This document shows, piece by piece, positions 26,093 to 39,743 of a stretch of 64,000 nt of DNA. Source of the stretch: Squalus acanthias. Lineage: Eukaryota. Positions within the stretch are counted from its first letter, which is position 1. The number at the start of each line of letters is the position of its first letter. The DNA is taken from positions 101,000,001-101,064,000 of the forward strand of contig CM059432.1 in NCBI GenBank assembly GCA_030390025.1. Direction: 5' to 3'. Position numbers and translations under genes: made by a program. Under the pieces are notes generated by a model, which searched no databases, had not been told where the DNA came from, and saw nothing but the letters and a program-made list of their open reading frames with translations.

Positions 26093-28568
26093 ATTAATGT
26101 ATAAAGAGGCATGGCTTTCAACAGTTAGTTGGAGAGCTCAATAGAGAAACCGAAAATCTACTCTCCATGTACATAATAGATTGATCAGTTGTGCTGAGTA
26201 TAAATAAAGTCTGTTCCATATACTCCATCAAGTGTCTCGTGTTTGTTCGAAGCTTGTCATTGTGAACCATAGAGGTTGACTAACAGTTATTCCAACATGT
26301 TGTAGCAACAAAAAAACACAACTATGTTGTACCTACAAAAATGATCCTTTAATGCTTCTCAAACAACTAACAACCCACTTAACCATGAGAAATGTTGAAA
26401 GATTTGTCAATCAAGATGTGTTGTGTGCAATTCTTAGTAAACAGGGCTTAATTGCAACTGGGACAAAGCTGGTTTAATAACAGAACCCTGCTGCCCACAC
26501 TGTCTCCTGTAGTTATTAATGTTTGGTGCCGACCATGACTGGGCTGCAGAGAGGTAAGTAGATGCTGCTGCTCAAGATTCGCATCTTTAACTGATGGGAC
26601 CGACGTTCGATAGAGCATGCTATGTGTCCATGCTGTAGTCAGGAAGATGGTGCCAAGGCACTCATGCATTTTATGGTGAGATTGCTGGTTGTGAAAAGCT
26701 CCTGAGCTCCTGGTAGTTGCTGTCTGTCTAGCGAGGGCTCAAATCCATCCTGTCTCATGAACAACTGGTGGCTATCCTCCTTGGAGGTGGAAGGAAGGAG
26801 GAAAATGAGGCCTCTTTCCGCATGCCTGACCGATAGCGTCAACCCTCTGTGGTCGACTTGGTAATCTGATACCCAAGGTCAAGCAGGTATGTAGGAATAC
26901 AGGCCATTTTTGATGATTGACCAGCCAGCCTGACTCACTAATAAAACCTGAAGGGGCAGATCTGGCACTGGGTGCTAGGATTCTTTCCACTCTGTTTCAG
27001 ATAACAAGTTAGTGCCTTGATACATAGGGTGGTCCTAGCTGGACAAGTAGCAGGAAGCTTACTAGCGCTCTGTGCGGTGCATTTTTTGCTGGCTAACAAC
27101 CAGCAGCATCCCTGCCCTCACTTTGGGATCCCAAAGTCTTGGCTGTGCCAAACATGCAACTGTGTCCCTATGGAAAAAGATTATGCTCTCTGCATTGGGT
27201 AAATGGACCTGCGTGATTTTCTCAGTTGCTTAGTTTGGAGACTTCTGAACATGGTGATGGGTTCTACACATGTCAGATACCCAGTTTCATCCAAAACATA
27301 TAGAAGCGTGATGCAGGACATTCACTTCAGAAATAATAAGCAGCAAACCTGTTAGATATTAAATTCCTCTATGTTTTGTATTTTGACTCTGTCAGGTTTG
27401 TTTCCCCTTCAAACTATCACTCCAGAGGATTTGCACTACCAGAAGCATGCATATTTTATGGATGTAAAATATTAATAGTTCATGCAGTAGATCACAGGTT
27501 TCTTTTTATATTTATACTTTTCATCCAATAGATACCAACCATCACCATGCTTCCTTCTGTATTTGAGAGAGCAAGATAGACTAGGTCACAATGCTCTTCA
27601 CCACTCCATGGTCTACAAGTACAAGGCACGTTTCTTAAGTACAGTAAGCAGTCTAGTTACTCAATCCAAATTCCTCGGATTTACTATTCCACCAATGTAA
27701 GCGTTTTCCCAAAAACTTGGCTACAAGTCTTGGGAAACATTGGGAGACATTGAGTATTGAGTTTAGAAGCCGGTCACAGAATGAGATTGAAGTTTGAGCT
27801 CTCTGAATAGGACTGCACTGCTAAGTTGCTCAGCGATCCTCATTAAAGCTTGTTTTAAAAGTTTACGAAAACATAACGCAAGTTCTTTTTCCCACTTGCT
27901 TCCCAAATATATGTTTATGTGTTAGTTACTAAATTCTATTAGCACTCTCCTATGGAGCAAATGTAAGTTTACCCTTATGAACAAAACTTGCATGCACCAG
28001 TTAATAGTTAATCCCGTTATGTGAACAAACGCTAATTTTAGTTGTCTTAGCATTGCTTACTCCAATAACTGGATCAGTGAATCTGCTAACAAAACTGATA
28101 TAGAATCATAGAATGATATAGCACAGAAGGAGGCCATTCATTTTGTCTCCACTATCGCAAAAAAATTATATACAGGAGCGTGAATATGCCACTGCTGAGC
28201 ATTTCTTCAAACAGTGTACTGTTAACGAGGAGCTTTTACGATTTATGTATTCTCGCACAATTGAACAATAAATATGAGTAAAACGATGGCAAGAGTTGTT
28301 TACTAAGTGAATGTTTAATTTTTTTTTAAATGGTCCCGTAATTCCTGGGGTTCCACTCTGTTGGCACAAGGGTGGAGGAGCAGAACTCTTGCCGGCCATG
28401 CCGGTAGCCCCAGACGCCATCCCAGATTCAGAGGATGCAGTCATTACCATAGTTGGAGCAGGCCGCTAGTGCCTGCAGGGCTGCCCATCCCATTCTACTC
28501 TTATAAGGAGAAATGTCCCTAGCCACTCTGCCTGAGGTCCCATTAGGCCCAAAGGGGTTGAAGTCTTT

Positions 28569-29465
28569 GGGAGAAAAATTCAGTTGGTTGCGCCTCCCGT
28601 TCACGCCTTAAGAGGGCGCTAATGGGGCGCAAAGCAACTAGTGCCCGGGCGCGGCGATGTTTGCACCACTCGCGAAATTAACGAGACATTTTGCAGCGGC
28701 GCTAAACACTGCTGCCACGATCTCCTGCGCCGGCAGATCGTGACGTCAGTCGAGTGCGCAACGCCCCGGTAGCGCCCCGGAGCGGATATTGAGTGGCGCC
28801 CCCTGCCTTACCTCCTGCTGCTAGCAACGACAGGTTGAGGGGAGCGTTTTGCAGTCAGGAAGAGACAGGGGGAGTGCTATTTAAAGGCGACCGCTTCCTG
28901 CCTTTTTTTGTTGGTGACATTTTTGAACCACACATTCTGAGAGAGAGAGAGAGAGAGAGACTTCTGGAGAGATTCAATGCTGTGTGAAGGAGTTTTGGGT
29001 ACTGAGCAGCACTTTGCAGGTTCATTTTGATTTGCCCTTCCTTGTATCGATTTAGAAGAGACTGTGGGGGCTGCACTCTGAGCTCTTTCCCTGGTCCTCT
29101 CCATTGTTCTTTCCAGCAGATTTGATGTACAGGTCTCTCCAGGCCGAGATTCAAGGCTGCAATGAGCAGGATGTGGATGGAAAGCAAGATCAACCCTCCC
29201 CTTTAAGAACTGGCCGGCGCCATTGTGTCTGTGTTCCATTGCTGACTGACATCACATGAGCTTCGCCAGTGCTCTGAGTTAGCGCCTCGCTCCTCAGCCT
29301 TTCCGCCTTAAGACAGATGTGTAGCTCCTCATTTAGCGCTCCAATCATCTCCAGGGGTGATAAAAGTTAGGTTTGCAGTCGGAGGCGATAATTAGCGCCA
29401 GGCACTAATCTTTGCGCCCGGCCGATAATTGCGCCCCAAATGGGGCGATACTGAATTTCTCCCCC
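28569..29465. mobile_element. ~0.9-kb Harbinger-type MITE, copy 1
   Basis: TIR gggagaaaaattcagt / actgaatttctccccc, TTT TSD; colinear with 62321-63213. Confidence 0.9.
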
Positions 29466-29954
29466 TTTGTTTCCAAAAGGAGCTATTTAGCTTCCTTCGT
29501 TCTAGTAATGGTTTGGGGCCTTTCAGAAGGTCTCAAAGGGTCTCATTCCCACCCTCAACTGGCATGGGTTTCACTGAGGCCTTTGAAGGGAAGCCCGGCA
29601 ACTCCCACTGACACACTCCTCAGTGTAACCAGGTTCCGCCCAAATTCCACCCCTTCTCGGTAGAAATCAGGCTTTCTGCACTCTCCAGCTCCAGGCACTT
29701 CAGGGTGTACTTGCCTTAATCAGACATGAATCTCAACTGTTCATCAAATGTCTAACTTTAAAAAAAAAATCAAGTGAGGTCTTCCACACACCGAATGCTC
29801 ATTAGTGATGATAAATGCACATGGTAAGTTGGAAGCCTTTGCACACTTTAGTTCTAGACTTCAAATGACCAATGTCTCCAGGAATACTGTTGGTTTAATT
29901 TCCTCTAGTAAATACAATGATTAATGTTAAATTCCTTTGTCGTCTACTATATCA

Positions 29955-31450
29955 CAGTGCAGTACTGAGGAAGTGCTACACTGTTGGAGGTGCTGTCTTT
30001 TGGATGGGATGTTAAACCGAGGCCCCGTCTGTCCTCTCAGGTGTACGTAAAAGATCCACGGCACTATTCAAAGAAGAGCAGGGAGTTCTCCCCGGTGTTC
30101 TGGCCGATATTAATCCCTCAACCAACATCACTAAAACAGATTGGGGGTGAAATTCTATACGGCCCGAAAACAGGAGATTTGCTCGCGCCTGTTTGCAAAG
30201 TGCAGGCAGCACGTTAATTTGGTGCTGCCTGCTGATTTGAATGATTTTAGCACACAGCCCAGCGATAAACGCGTTGCTTCAGGCTGTGCGCTCAGCAGGA
30301 GGCCCAATGTCGCATTGCTGGAGTGATGCTGCATTCTCTTAAAGAAAGGCTGTCATTTTTTAAAGCAGTCTCGATCCCTTAAAGGTGAGCTGCCTTCTGA
30401 AAAAAAATAGGAATCATTCAAAAATAGGCAGTTTCTAAGCCCTTAAAGCTCAAGTGCCTTCTGAAAAAATGGATTGAAAATCATTGCATGTAAAAAATGG
30501 TATAACTGCTTCAGCACTAACACAAATGGCTCAAGATGCCAGGGAAAGGGCACCCAGGGTCTCGCACGCAGCACTCCAGCTCTGTGCAGGGGACAACACT
30601 GGAAGAGAGGTCCTCTACCCACAGGGGGCCAGGAGGCCCTCCAGAAAGAAGGATGTGGGTCCAGATTGCCGAGGCCATCACTGAAGCAGTGTCGCCCCCA
30701 GGACCTGGCTCCAATGCCCAAAGAAGTTTCATGACCTCAGACGAGCGGTCAAGGTCAGTGAATGCATCTTCAAAAGCTGTCTCCTACCAACTGCACCACG
30801 AGCCTCACACACTGCTCAATGCATGACCACCCCTCACCCCAACCAATCACTCACCTACCAACAATCTCTACCAAACACGGGGCACACCTCACTTTCCTAG
30901 CTTCACTTCACCCCCTTGGAGGAGACGGTGCAGGCCATTCTTGGCAGGAGCATGGCTGAGACCTTGGACAGATGTGTGTCCCTTTAAGAAGCGCTGACAG
31001 CATCTCTGTACAACTTCTGCACGCATGTTCTTCCGTGCGTGATTAGGAGAAGGATATGGAGTGTGGCGACGTCCAAAATTCAGTTGTGCGTCAATTCAGG
31101 CGTTGCATGCTGATTGACATCACAATCTGCATATTTACATCGGAGAGGTGAGCACAGGCATAGGCAGCGTTGCCGACCTCTCCAAAATGGCGACCGTTGT
31201 GTCCCGCACCTGAAGCGGGTGGAAGTGAGGTGGCCACCATTTTTTCAACAAAACCGGCCTTAAGGGCCGGCGCTACAACAACGAATATCGTGGCTATTGT
31301 CTTGTTACTGTTTGTGAGACCTTGCTGTGCGCAAATTTGCTGCCGTGTTTCCTACATTACAACAGTGACAACACTTCAAAAGTATTTCATTGGCTGTAAA
31401 GTGCTTTGGAACATCCTTAGGTCATGAAAGGCACTATAAATGCAAGTCTG
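29955..31450 (+). mobile_element. DeuSINE split by a Harbinger derivative
   Basis: 29955-30142 and 31296-31450 together match the reverse complement of ~23110-23455. Confidence 0.8.
30143..31295 (+). mobile_element. Harbinger derivative with Myb/SANT remnant
   Basis: MAQDARERAPRVS...REVLYPQGARRPS...WVQIAEAI peptides across frames; gggggtgaaatt start; att flanks. Confidence 0.75.
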
Positions 31451-31653
31451 TGAAGTACCTTGGGACTTTTTTCTATATTAAAGCTGCTTGTTGTTGTTGC
31501 GCTTGTTAAAATACATTTAATATTTCTGTGTCTTAAACAGAGGGAAATATTGTGTAAATTTCTAGGTACACATTGTAGCTGAGAGGAAAATTCAGCCAAT
31601 GGTAGTAAAATGATAACAGTGCATGACCTTCTTGCAAACGGGGTGATGCTATT

Positions 31654-32441
31654 GGCTCAGATGTTGCGGTAGGAATTAATCCAATCTTTCTTTCCCTCAC
31701 TTTATTTCACTTTCTGTACATGATTTTACATTGAATTAAATATTCTAACTTACACTTCCTGGTTTAGACTCTGCGGGGGGAAAATTGGCTCACGCCCCCT
31801 TTGGGGCGATACTTTTAGCGCCCCAAAAAAGTTAGCACCCCCGCGCCCGAAATTCAATGGTAGCACCCCAAGCTGGAGGCGCTACTGGAAGCGCTCCCCC
31901 TCCATCTTGGGGCGCTCCCATTGAATATTACGGCGCTACGTGCAGCAGCGCCGCGGTACTGCAGGCCTCCCTCCCCTGATGCCGGCACCCCGCAGGAGGA
32001 GGCCAGAGGGGGCAGATGGTGGCAGGCAGCCCAAAAAAAAGGCCGCTCGGCACCTGCTCTTGAATTATCGCCGCCCTGGCAGCAAAAACGCCACCCTGAC
32101 CCTGTCAGACATAGCGTCCGGCGGTAGGTCAGGGGGCGCGAGCCAAGTTTGCGGCCGGGGCGTAAGCAGGGGGCTGCGCACGGCGATGATGTCAGCGATG
32201 ATTGGGGCGCTAACAGAAGGCGCAAAGCAACCAAATTTTTCCCCCTGCGTGTCTCATTAAGAATTCTTCAATCTGATTGGTTGAAGAGACACACTGTTGT
32301 CCTGTTCACACAGATCCCAGATCTCCTGTAGAGGGCGCCGTGCTGTATGAGACTCCTGATGACTGTAAGTTGCCATGCAAAAGCCCATGAAAAGTCTGTG
32401 TAATTCGCCGTTCGTTCGCCGCTGACCGCAAAATCCAGGCT
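31654..32441. mobile_element. Older MITE hosting the 31775-32245 MITE
   Basis: Imperfect TIR ggctcagatgttgcggt / accgcaaaatccaggct. Confidence 0.5.
31775..32245. mobile_element. Harbinger-type MITE (ttagcgcc family)
   Basis: TIR ggggggaaaattgg / ccaaatttttccccc, TGC TSD; deleted inverted relative of 8914-9619. Confidence 0.85.
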
Positions 32442-33904
32442 AACATGTTTGCTAACATTTGATGTAGAGATTAACATGTAGGGCTTTTTTTAAATAGCAT
32501 TTTTTTTATTTGATCATTCTTATCACGTAACAAATTATGACAGGGGAAAAGGGACTTTTTAAATAAAATCCTTTGAATTCGGATGTTATTAGTAATCTGC
32601 ACTGTCATCGGTTTGTTCATAACAAAAAGCACTATGATTAATTTGATTTTTTGTGAAAAATTCAATTTCCCTTACGTAGATATGTATGTATATTGTAATA
32701 TTTCATGTTATTTTGTGTATTATTTAAAACTTAATATACTCTTTTTTTTAATTTAAAATCTTTTCAATGACTACCTTATTATGTTTCTTTTCTATTCACT
32801 ATGGTGGATCAGAGAGTAAAACTTGAGGCAGAAAGCTGCCAGAAACAATCTCATTCATGTGAAGCTACAGAGTCAGAATATTGAAAATTCACTGTTAAGC
32901 ATGTATAAGGTACAATATTCTTTATATTGTCAAAATCGTTCCAAAAGATTGATGTGACAATAAGAATTGGAGATATAGATGGAGACCTTTCTCAGAAGTT
33001 CCACTAAATGCTGCAAAATATATCCATCGTTAGTTTATATGATTCCAAGAATCAACAATTGTTGAAGACCCGACAAGCTTAAACCAGGAAAAGATAAGCC
33101 CCAGAATGAGGAGTAATTAACGAATCGAATACTCTACAGTAACATCACTGCTAAGAAACAGAGCTGTATTCATCATATCAGTGAAGTAGATAACCCCACT
33201 AACTTCCCCCTTCCCCAGATAGTTACTGATTGATTTTGACTTGCTAGATACCAACAGGATATTATCTTTATATTGTGTCACATTGCACACACCATTTGAC
33301 AAGGTGTAGGAAAGTGATAAAATTAGAAAGAAGATTGAAAGGATACCACACCTATTTTGATTTTAAGAGTAATAGACCTGACCATGCAATAAATAAATAA
33401 AAACATTGCAAGTGTACTATAATGTAGTCAGGTCTCTTTAAATTTTACGTCACACCACAACCAGATGCAATAATGGTCAGCTAATGTTAATTGATAAAAT
33501 TTGGAAAACTTTGTCACCACCCTGGACTAGGATATTCCACCTTGAAGTCGCACATTTCATTATATGTGGTGATTCAGTAAGTATATTGGCAACTGCCGCT
33601 GGGTCTTTGTTGATGTCTAAGGCCATGCATTTCTGAATTATTTTCTATAATATTTCCACGTTAATTTTATTTTAAGTGTTTCTGTGCTGAGACACTTGTT
33701 CTTTTCAGTTTCCTTAATATTCTCCTGCCTTTTAATGAAATGTAAAACCGGAGAAAAGTGATAACAATGCTGTGATACCTGATCATGTGGTACAGCTCAT
33801 AACATCAAAAATCTGCTCTGATGGAAACATCACTATAACATGATAATATACTTAAGAGGTCTCAGCCATTGTATGAAATGCTATATCGACAGTGAATTTT
33901 GTTA

Positions 33905-34042
<138 letters not shown>

Positions 34043-34529
34043 TTAGAAAGAAATGGTGAGAGAAATGTTAACTCTCTTATCTCTCTATATAAGACATAAT
34101 TGCATAATTAAAAATAAACACAAAGTAAACAGCAGGTAGCATTTTCATAACTAACGACTACTCCTTAAACCAAATTTACAATGTACTGAGTAAAAAGTAA
34201 ATCTTGTATGCAGTTAAAACTGCATAGTTAGCAATAGTGTCAACTATTGAAGTCATGCTGTAAATTAGACAAATGGCATAATTACCACAGCAGACCAGGT
34301 GAACCAAGCTGGCTTGGTAATGGGGGAGGTGCTATGCACTTGTCAGTACAGCATCTCAAATGCTTACAGCAGCCATACAAATGATACATATCTGCTGTAT
34401 AAATGGCTCATGTATGTAACTTTCCGATATACAAGCCAATGTTACCATTGAAACTTTGTACATTGTAGCTGTGAGATGTTATTGAAAGTATTGTAGGATA
34501 AAAATGTATGCATCACTTGAACAAGAAGT

Positions 34530-34893
34530 CTATAATTTCAAAATTATGAGGGGTTTTGTTCGAGTAGATTGGGAGAAACTGTTTCCACTGGCAGGAGGGT
34601 TGATAACCAGAGAATTTAAGATAATTAGCAAAACATCCAGGGGAGAAATTAAGAGAATTTTTTTTACACAGGGAGTTTTTATAATCAGAAGTACACTACC
34701 TGAAAGGGTGGTGGAAGCAGATCCAATAATAACATTCAAAAGGGAATTGGATATATACTTGAAAAGGAGAAATTTGTAGGGCTGTAGGGAAAGGGCAGGG
34801 GAGTGGGACTAATTGGATAGCTCTGTCACAGGGCTGGCACAGATACGATGGGTCGAATGGCCTCCTTCTGTGCTGTATGATTCTATAATTCTT
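34530..34893 (+). mobile_element. CR1 3' end
   Basis: VYNFKIMRGFVRVDWEKLFP...; ends tgtatgattctataattct. Confidence 0.85.
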
Positions 34894-35096
34894 TGACCTT
34901 ACCAAAAACATCTAACAAACAACAAAGATGAATATAGACTGACTTGCGTAATGACTGATCATTAACCATTAATAGCACCAGTACTTTTGAAAAATTATTA
35001 TACATTATGAAAGGTATATACCATATAATAAAACAACTGCCATTTATATAGCGCCCTTAACGTACAAAAACATACCAAGTGCTTCACAGAGACATA

Positions 35097-37471
35097 GAAC
35101 ATAGAATCCACCACCCTTTCAGGCAATGCTTTCCAGAACACAACTCACTGCATAAATTTTTTTCTCATGTCGCCTCTGGTTCTTTTGCTAATCACCTTCA
35201 ATCTAGGTCCTCCGGTTACCGACCCTTCTGCCACTGGAAACAGTTTCTCCTTAATTACTCTATCAAAACCCTTCATGATTTTGAACACTTCTATCAAATC
35301 TGCTCTTAACCTTCTCTGCTCAAAGGATAACAAACCAGCTTCTGCAGTCTCTCCATATAACTGAACTCGCTCATCCCTGGTACCATCCCAGTAAATCTTT
35401 TCTGCACCCTCTCTATGGACTTGACATCCTTCCTAAAGTGTGGTGCCCAGAATTGGACACAATACTCCAGCTGAGGCCTAGCCAGTGTTTTATAAAGGTG
35501 TACCATAGCTTCCTTGCTTTTGTACTCTATTGGGGGGATTTTAACCAAAAAAACAGGTGGATTGGGGGCGGGTCAGAGGTTAAAAAGTTAAAAACCTGAA
35601 TCCCGTCCCCAACCCACCCACTTCCGGTTTTAACGGAGGCGGGACAGGGGCGGGCGGGCAGCCAACCCGTTCGCAGGGGGCAGGATGGCACTTTAAATAT
35701 TATATTGAGGCTAAATTTAACCGTGGGCGGGCAGGTTTCCCAAGCCTCGGGGAACCCGCCAGCTAAAGGAAGGCGAGGACTGCTGGATCCAGGAGGGAAG
35801 TGCATTTCCACTTACCTGCTGGATGCAGCATTCCTGCCTCATCATCCCCCTGCGATCAGACACCCCCCAACCTTCCAATCTCCCCCCGACCTCTCCCCCC
35901 GCCCAAGGCCTGCAACCTCCCCCACATTAGCCCTCTGATCTCCGAACCCCGGCATCCGATTCCCCCGGTCCTCCCATCCGGCCTCCCGAACCCCCCACCC
36001 CCCCCCTCCACCAGCCTCCGACCTCCACACCCCCACTGTGGCCTCTGATCCCCTCGCTTCTGCATCTGATCTGCAGCCCCAGCCCCCGCCAACATCCAGC
36101 TCTCGAGCCCTCCGAAGATCCTCCAGCCGACCCTGCCGAAAATCTGCAACACCCGACCCCCTCTGAAAATCCTCGGCCGTCCGACCCCAATCCTCCCTCC
36201 CTCCTCTCTACGGCTTTGTGCCGCAGGCCTACCCGACCGACAGCCAATCAGCCTCTCCATCTGGCTGGCTGCGGGTGGGAAACAGAGATTCAAAATGTTA
36301 ATCAGGCCCAGCCATTAAATTCGGCAAGCCCTGAGGGAAAGCTGTTCTCCCGGAATTCTCGACCGCATGGCAGCGCCCGCCGCACCATTCCATACCCGCC
36401 TCCAAATTAAAATTTTGGCCTATGCCTCTATTAATAAAGTAAAGGATCCCTTATGCTTTTTTAACAGCCTTCTCAACATTCTGCCACTTTAAAAAATACA
36501 TACACCCCCAGTTCCCTCTGTTCCTGCACTCCATTTAAAATTGTACCATTTAGTTTATATTGCCTCTCCTCATTCTTCCTACTAAAATATATCACTCCAC
36601 ACTTCTCTGTGTTAAATTTCATCTGCCATGTGTCTGCCAAATTCACCCATCTGTCTATGTCCTCCTGAAATCTGTTACTATCCTCCTCATTGTTTACAAC
36701 ATTTCTGAGTTTCGTGTCATCTGCAAAATTTGAAATTATGCCCTGTTTACCTGAGTTCAGGTCATTAATATATATTAAAAAGAGCAGTGGTCCTGATACC
36801 GACCTCTGGGGAACACTACTGTATACTTCCCTCCAGTCTGAAAAGCAACCGTTCGCCATTACTCTTTGCGTTTTGTCCCTTAGCCAAAATTAGTATCCAT
36901 GCTGCCACTGTCCCTTTAATTCCATGGGCTATAATTTTACTAATAAGTCTATTACGTGGTAATTTATCAATCGCCTTTCAAAGTCCATATACACAACATC
37001 AACTGCACTACCCTCATCAACCTTCTCTGTCACTTCATCAAAGAACTCAATCAAGTTAGTCATACAAGATTTGCTTTTTACAAGTTGTTCATTTATTAAC
37101 CCATCGTTGTCCAAGTGTCAATTTATCTTGTCGCTAAAAGTTTCCCCACCACCGATGTTAGGCTAACTGGTCTGTAATTGCCGGGTTTATCCTTTTCTTC
37201 CTTTTTGAACAGGGGTGTAACATTTGAAATCCTCCAGTCCTCTGGCACAACCCCCATATCTAAGCATGATTGGAAGATTGTGGCCAGAGCCTCTGCAATT
37301 TTCCACCCTTACTTTCCTCAGTAACCTATAATGCTTCCCATCGAAACTGGGTGACTTGTTTTACTTTGAGTACTGCCTTTTAAGTACCTCCTCTCTCTAT
37401 TTTTATCCTATCTAATATTGTTACTACTTCCTCCTTTACTGCTATATTGGCAGCATCCAGTTCTCTAGTGA
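35097..37471 (-). mobile_element. CR1 ORF2 3' portion, interrupted by a MITE
   Basis: SCMTNLIEFF, VPQRSVSGP, FADDTKL, LEYCVQFWAP, LRADLIEVFKI; agacata TSD at 35090-35096 and 37472-37478. Confidence 0.9.
35531..36420. mobile_element. Harbinger-type MITE with C-rich interior
   Basis: TAT TSD; removal restores CR1 ttgtactctat|gcctcta. Confidence 0.85.
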
Positions 37472-37478
37472 AGACATA

Positions 37479-38410
37479 GGCTGCGATTTCGCCGACCGAA
37501 GCAGGTCCGGGGCGGCCGGGGTCGGTGCCGCGGTCCCAGCCCGCTGCCTACTGCAGCCCGCACTCTCCAAGTGATTTTACGTTAATAGGGCTTGTTAAGC
37601 CCGCCCTGCTAGGTTCCCGGACAATTAAAAGGAAACGGGTCTGATGATGTCACTTGATGACGCGTCATCTGCCGCTTTCCTGAAAGGGACCATGTCCAAA
37701 TTGATTTTGATAGTTCTGCTGTCAATGTTCTACAGTATTGAGGTGCTGCAAACACTGACAAGCACTGCACAGAGGTGCACGGCTGCACCCAGGCTCTCCC
37801 ATGACTCCCTCCATATGCAGCCTGGTTGCACGTTGCATAGGAGGGCACAAGCAGGGATGTCGTCAGGAGGACCAGGCTGCAGTGGCGCAAACCTTTCAAT
37901 GATCTCAGTAGATCACAAAACGTTACTGCCAAGCCACACTCAACCTCATCCTGCTGTGCCACTCATCACATCCCCATCACTCTGCTTTCCCTACCCTTCT
38001 CCTGCACATCCTTACACCACCTTACCTTGCACCTCCACCCATCCCTCTCTAACTACATTATCACTTCCCCATTTCACTAGCCACCCCTCACACTCACCCT
38101 TATCCTACTGCAAGCATACCAACTAACAGCACACAAGGGTAGGGACTTGGGTGGTATAGCCAATGTTCATGTGAAGTTTCTGGTAATGCGCTGTCAAACA
38201 TTGAAACCTTTATTTTCAGCACTTTGCATTCTTGTACAGATTTGTGTGTACCTTTGGAAGTGGCTTAGTGAGTTGTAGTGAATGGTGAGACAGACCCGAC
38301 ACCTGGGAGACTCACATGGAGGCGGGTTCTCTACCCACTGTCAATCTTTTCTATTTTGACAGTGGACCCGCCTTTGAACCCGCCCTCTGAGTGCCGGCAA
38401 AATTCAGCCC
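37479..38410 (+). mobile_element. Harbinger derivative, inverted and internally deleted relative of 14068-15846
   Basis: ATA TSD; aaaattcagccc TIR; long colinear similarity to 14068-14201 and 14981-15760. Confidence 0.85.
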
Positions 38411-38946
38411 ATAATCAATAAAATGGACACTGAGCTAAAGAAGGAAATATTAGGAGGGGTGACCAAAAGCTTGGCCAAAGAGGTGGGTTCTAAGGTGCAT
38501 CTTAAAGAAGGATAAGGAGGTGGAGGGTTAAAGGATCAAATTCTAGAGCAAGGGGCCTAGGTAGCTGAAGGCACAGCCACCTGGAGAATTGGTGTACATG
38601 GTTAAATATGGCCAATTATGCCATATCTCTAATGCTTCCATTAAAGCCAGGAGAGCCCTGCATAAATTTGTTTTATTCATTTTAATGAGGATTATTAAAA
38701 CACAGAGAGTGCTGTAATGCTGATTATGTCATTGGGATTAAGTATTAAATTCAAGGAGCTACCCAGAGCCCCACAGGTTATTTATTTTACTGTGGACTTA
38801 AGAGTTCAAATTATTTGCTCAGCGACTCAATCTAAATCTACACAAAGAAACAAATATTTTTGCAAATTCTCCGTTGCCCACTTTACAGAACACAAAGCTA
38901 CTCAGAACTTTTTCAGGTCATTGGCACAGTTCTACTGTTTTTTAAA

Positions 38947-39255
38947 ATTCATTCCTGGGATGTGGGCGTCATTTGCAAGGCCAGCATTTATTGCCCATCC
39001 CTAATTGCCCTTGAGAAGGTGGTGTTGAGCCACCTTCTTGAATGGCTGCAGTCCGTGTGGTAAAGGTACTCCCACAATACTGTTAGGTAGGGAGTTCCAG
39101 GATTTTGACCCAGCGACGATGAAGGAACGGTGATATATTTCCAAGTCAGGATGGTGTGTAACTTGGAGGGGAACTTGAAGGTGGTGGTGTTCCCATGCGC
39201 CTGCTGCACTTGTCCTTCTAGGTGGTAGAGGTCGCTGGTTTGGGAGGTGCTGTCG
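38947..39255 (-). mobile_element. Zenon-like LINE 3' end
   Basis: Homologous to 18578-18885 and 8540-8840. Confidence 0.85.
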
Positions 39256-39532
39256 TGACAAAAGAACAGCTGTGCAGCCCCTCCCCCCATTGCCAACAGG
39301 TGTGGACATGTGCCATGTGTCAGGTCTGCTGGCTGATAATATGGGAACTGCAGAAATCTGATTTTCTTTCCTGACACAATTTCTAGACCATGCAAATGTT
39401 ATAGAATGGAATGGGCGGGGGTGGGGGGTTGGTGGGTGGAATCAATAAGTGTTTATTTCTAAAATTTTTGAAATCGGTTGTATTATTGAAATATAATTAC
39501 AATTCGCAGACATGAGTAAAAGAATTAGTCAC

Positions 39533-39620
39533 CTAAAATCAGAACCAATTCTTTCTCCATGTTCTGGCTCTCCAGGATCTGGACACGAGTTGGATGCTTG
39601 CTTTATTCCTCCTTCATTCA
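39533..39620 (-). CDS. CSMD3: CSMD3 internal exon, first half of a Sushi/CCP domain
   Basis: ttcttttgcAG acceptor and GTgact donor; 88 nt; translates xNEGGIKQASNSCPDPGEPEHGERIGSDF(S); ends in phase 2 and joins in frame to 33916-34040 (AG|T = Ser). Confidence 0.93.
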
Positions 39621-39743
39621 CTGCAAAAGAATGTAAACAAAATAATAACATGCATCAAAGCCATTTAAAAGCACAATCAGGTTCTTCAGCAACAATCCTT
39701 GCATTGTACTTTGATCACAAAATAGCTGGGAAATCTCAACTCT

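Larger units (their letters stand above)
23596..26297 (+). mobile_element. Probable solo LTR interrupted by four later insertions
   Basis: TGTTG...CAACA termini, flanks tgta/tgtt, tataaa (~26100) and aataaa (~26203) near the 3' end. Confidence 0.45.
35030..38580 (-). mobile_element. L2 3' tail (35030-35096 and 38411-38580) split by nested CR1 and MITEs
   Basis: gcttcacagagacata|atcaataaaatggacactgagc rejoins to the L2 tail seen at 17940 and 48615. Confidence 0.7.

Noticed and set aside
28793..29239. ORFs conserved between here and 62545-62987
   Set aside because: Similarity reflects two copies of the same MITE; no domain recognised and a variable (GA)n tract alters the frames.
1..33900. Next CSMD3 exon (start of CUB domain, TCGSNL...)
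   Set aside because: Searched by eye on the minus strand and not found; probably beyond the left edge, though a miss is possible.
35800..36293. Pro/Gly-rich ORFs
   Set aside because: Low-complexity C-rich interior of a MITE.
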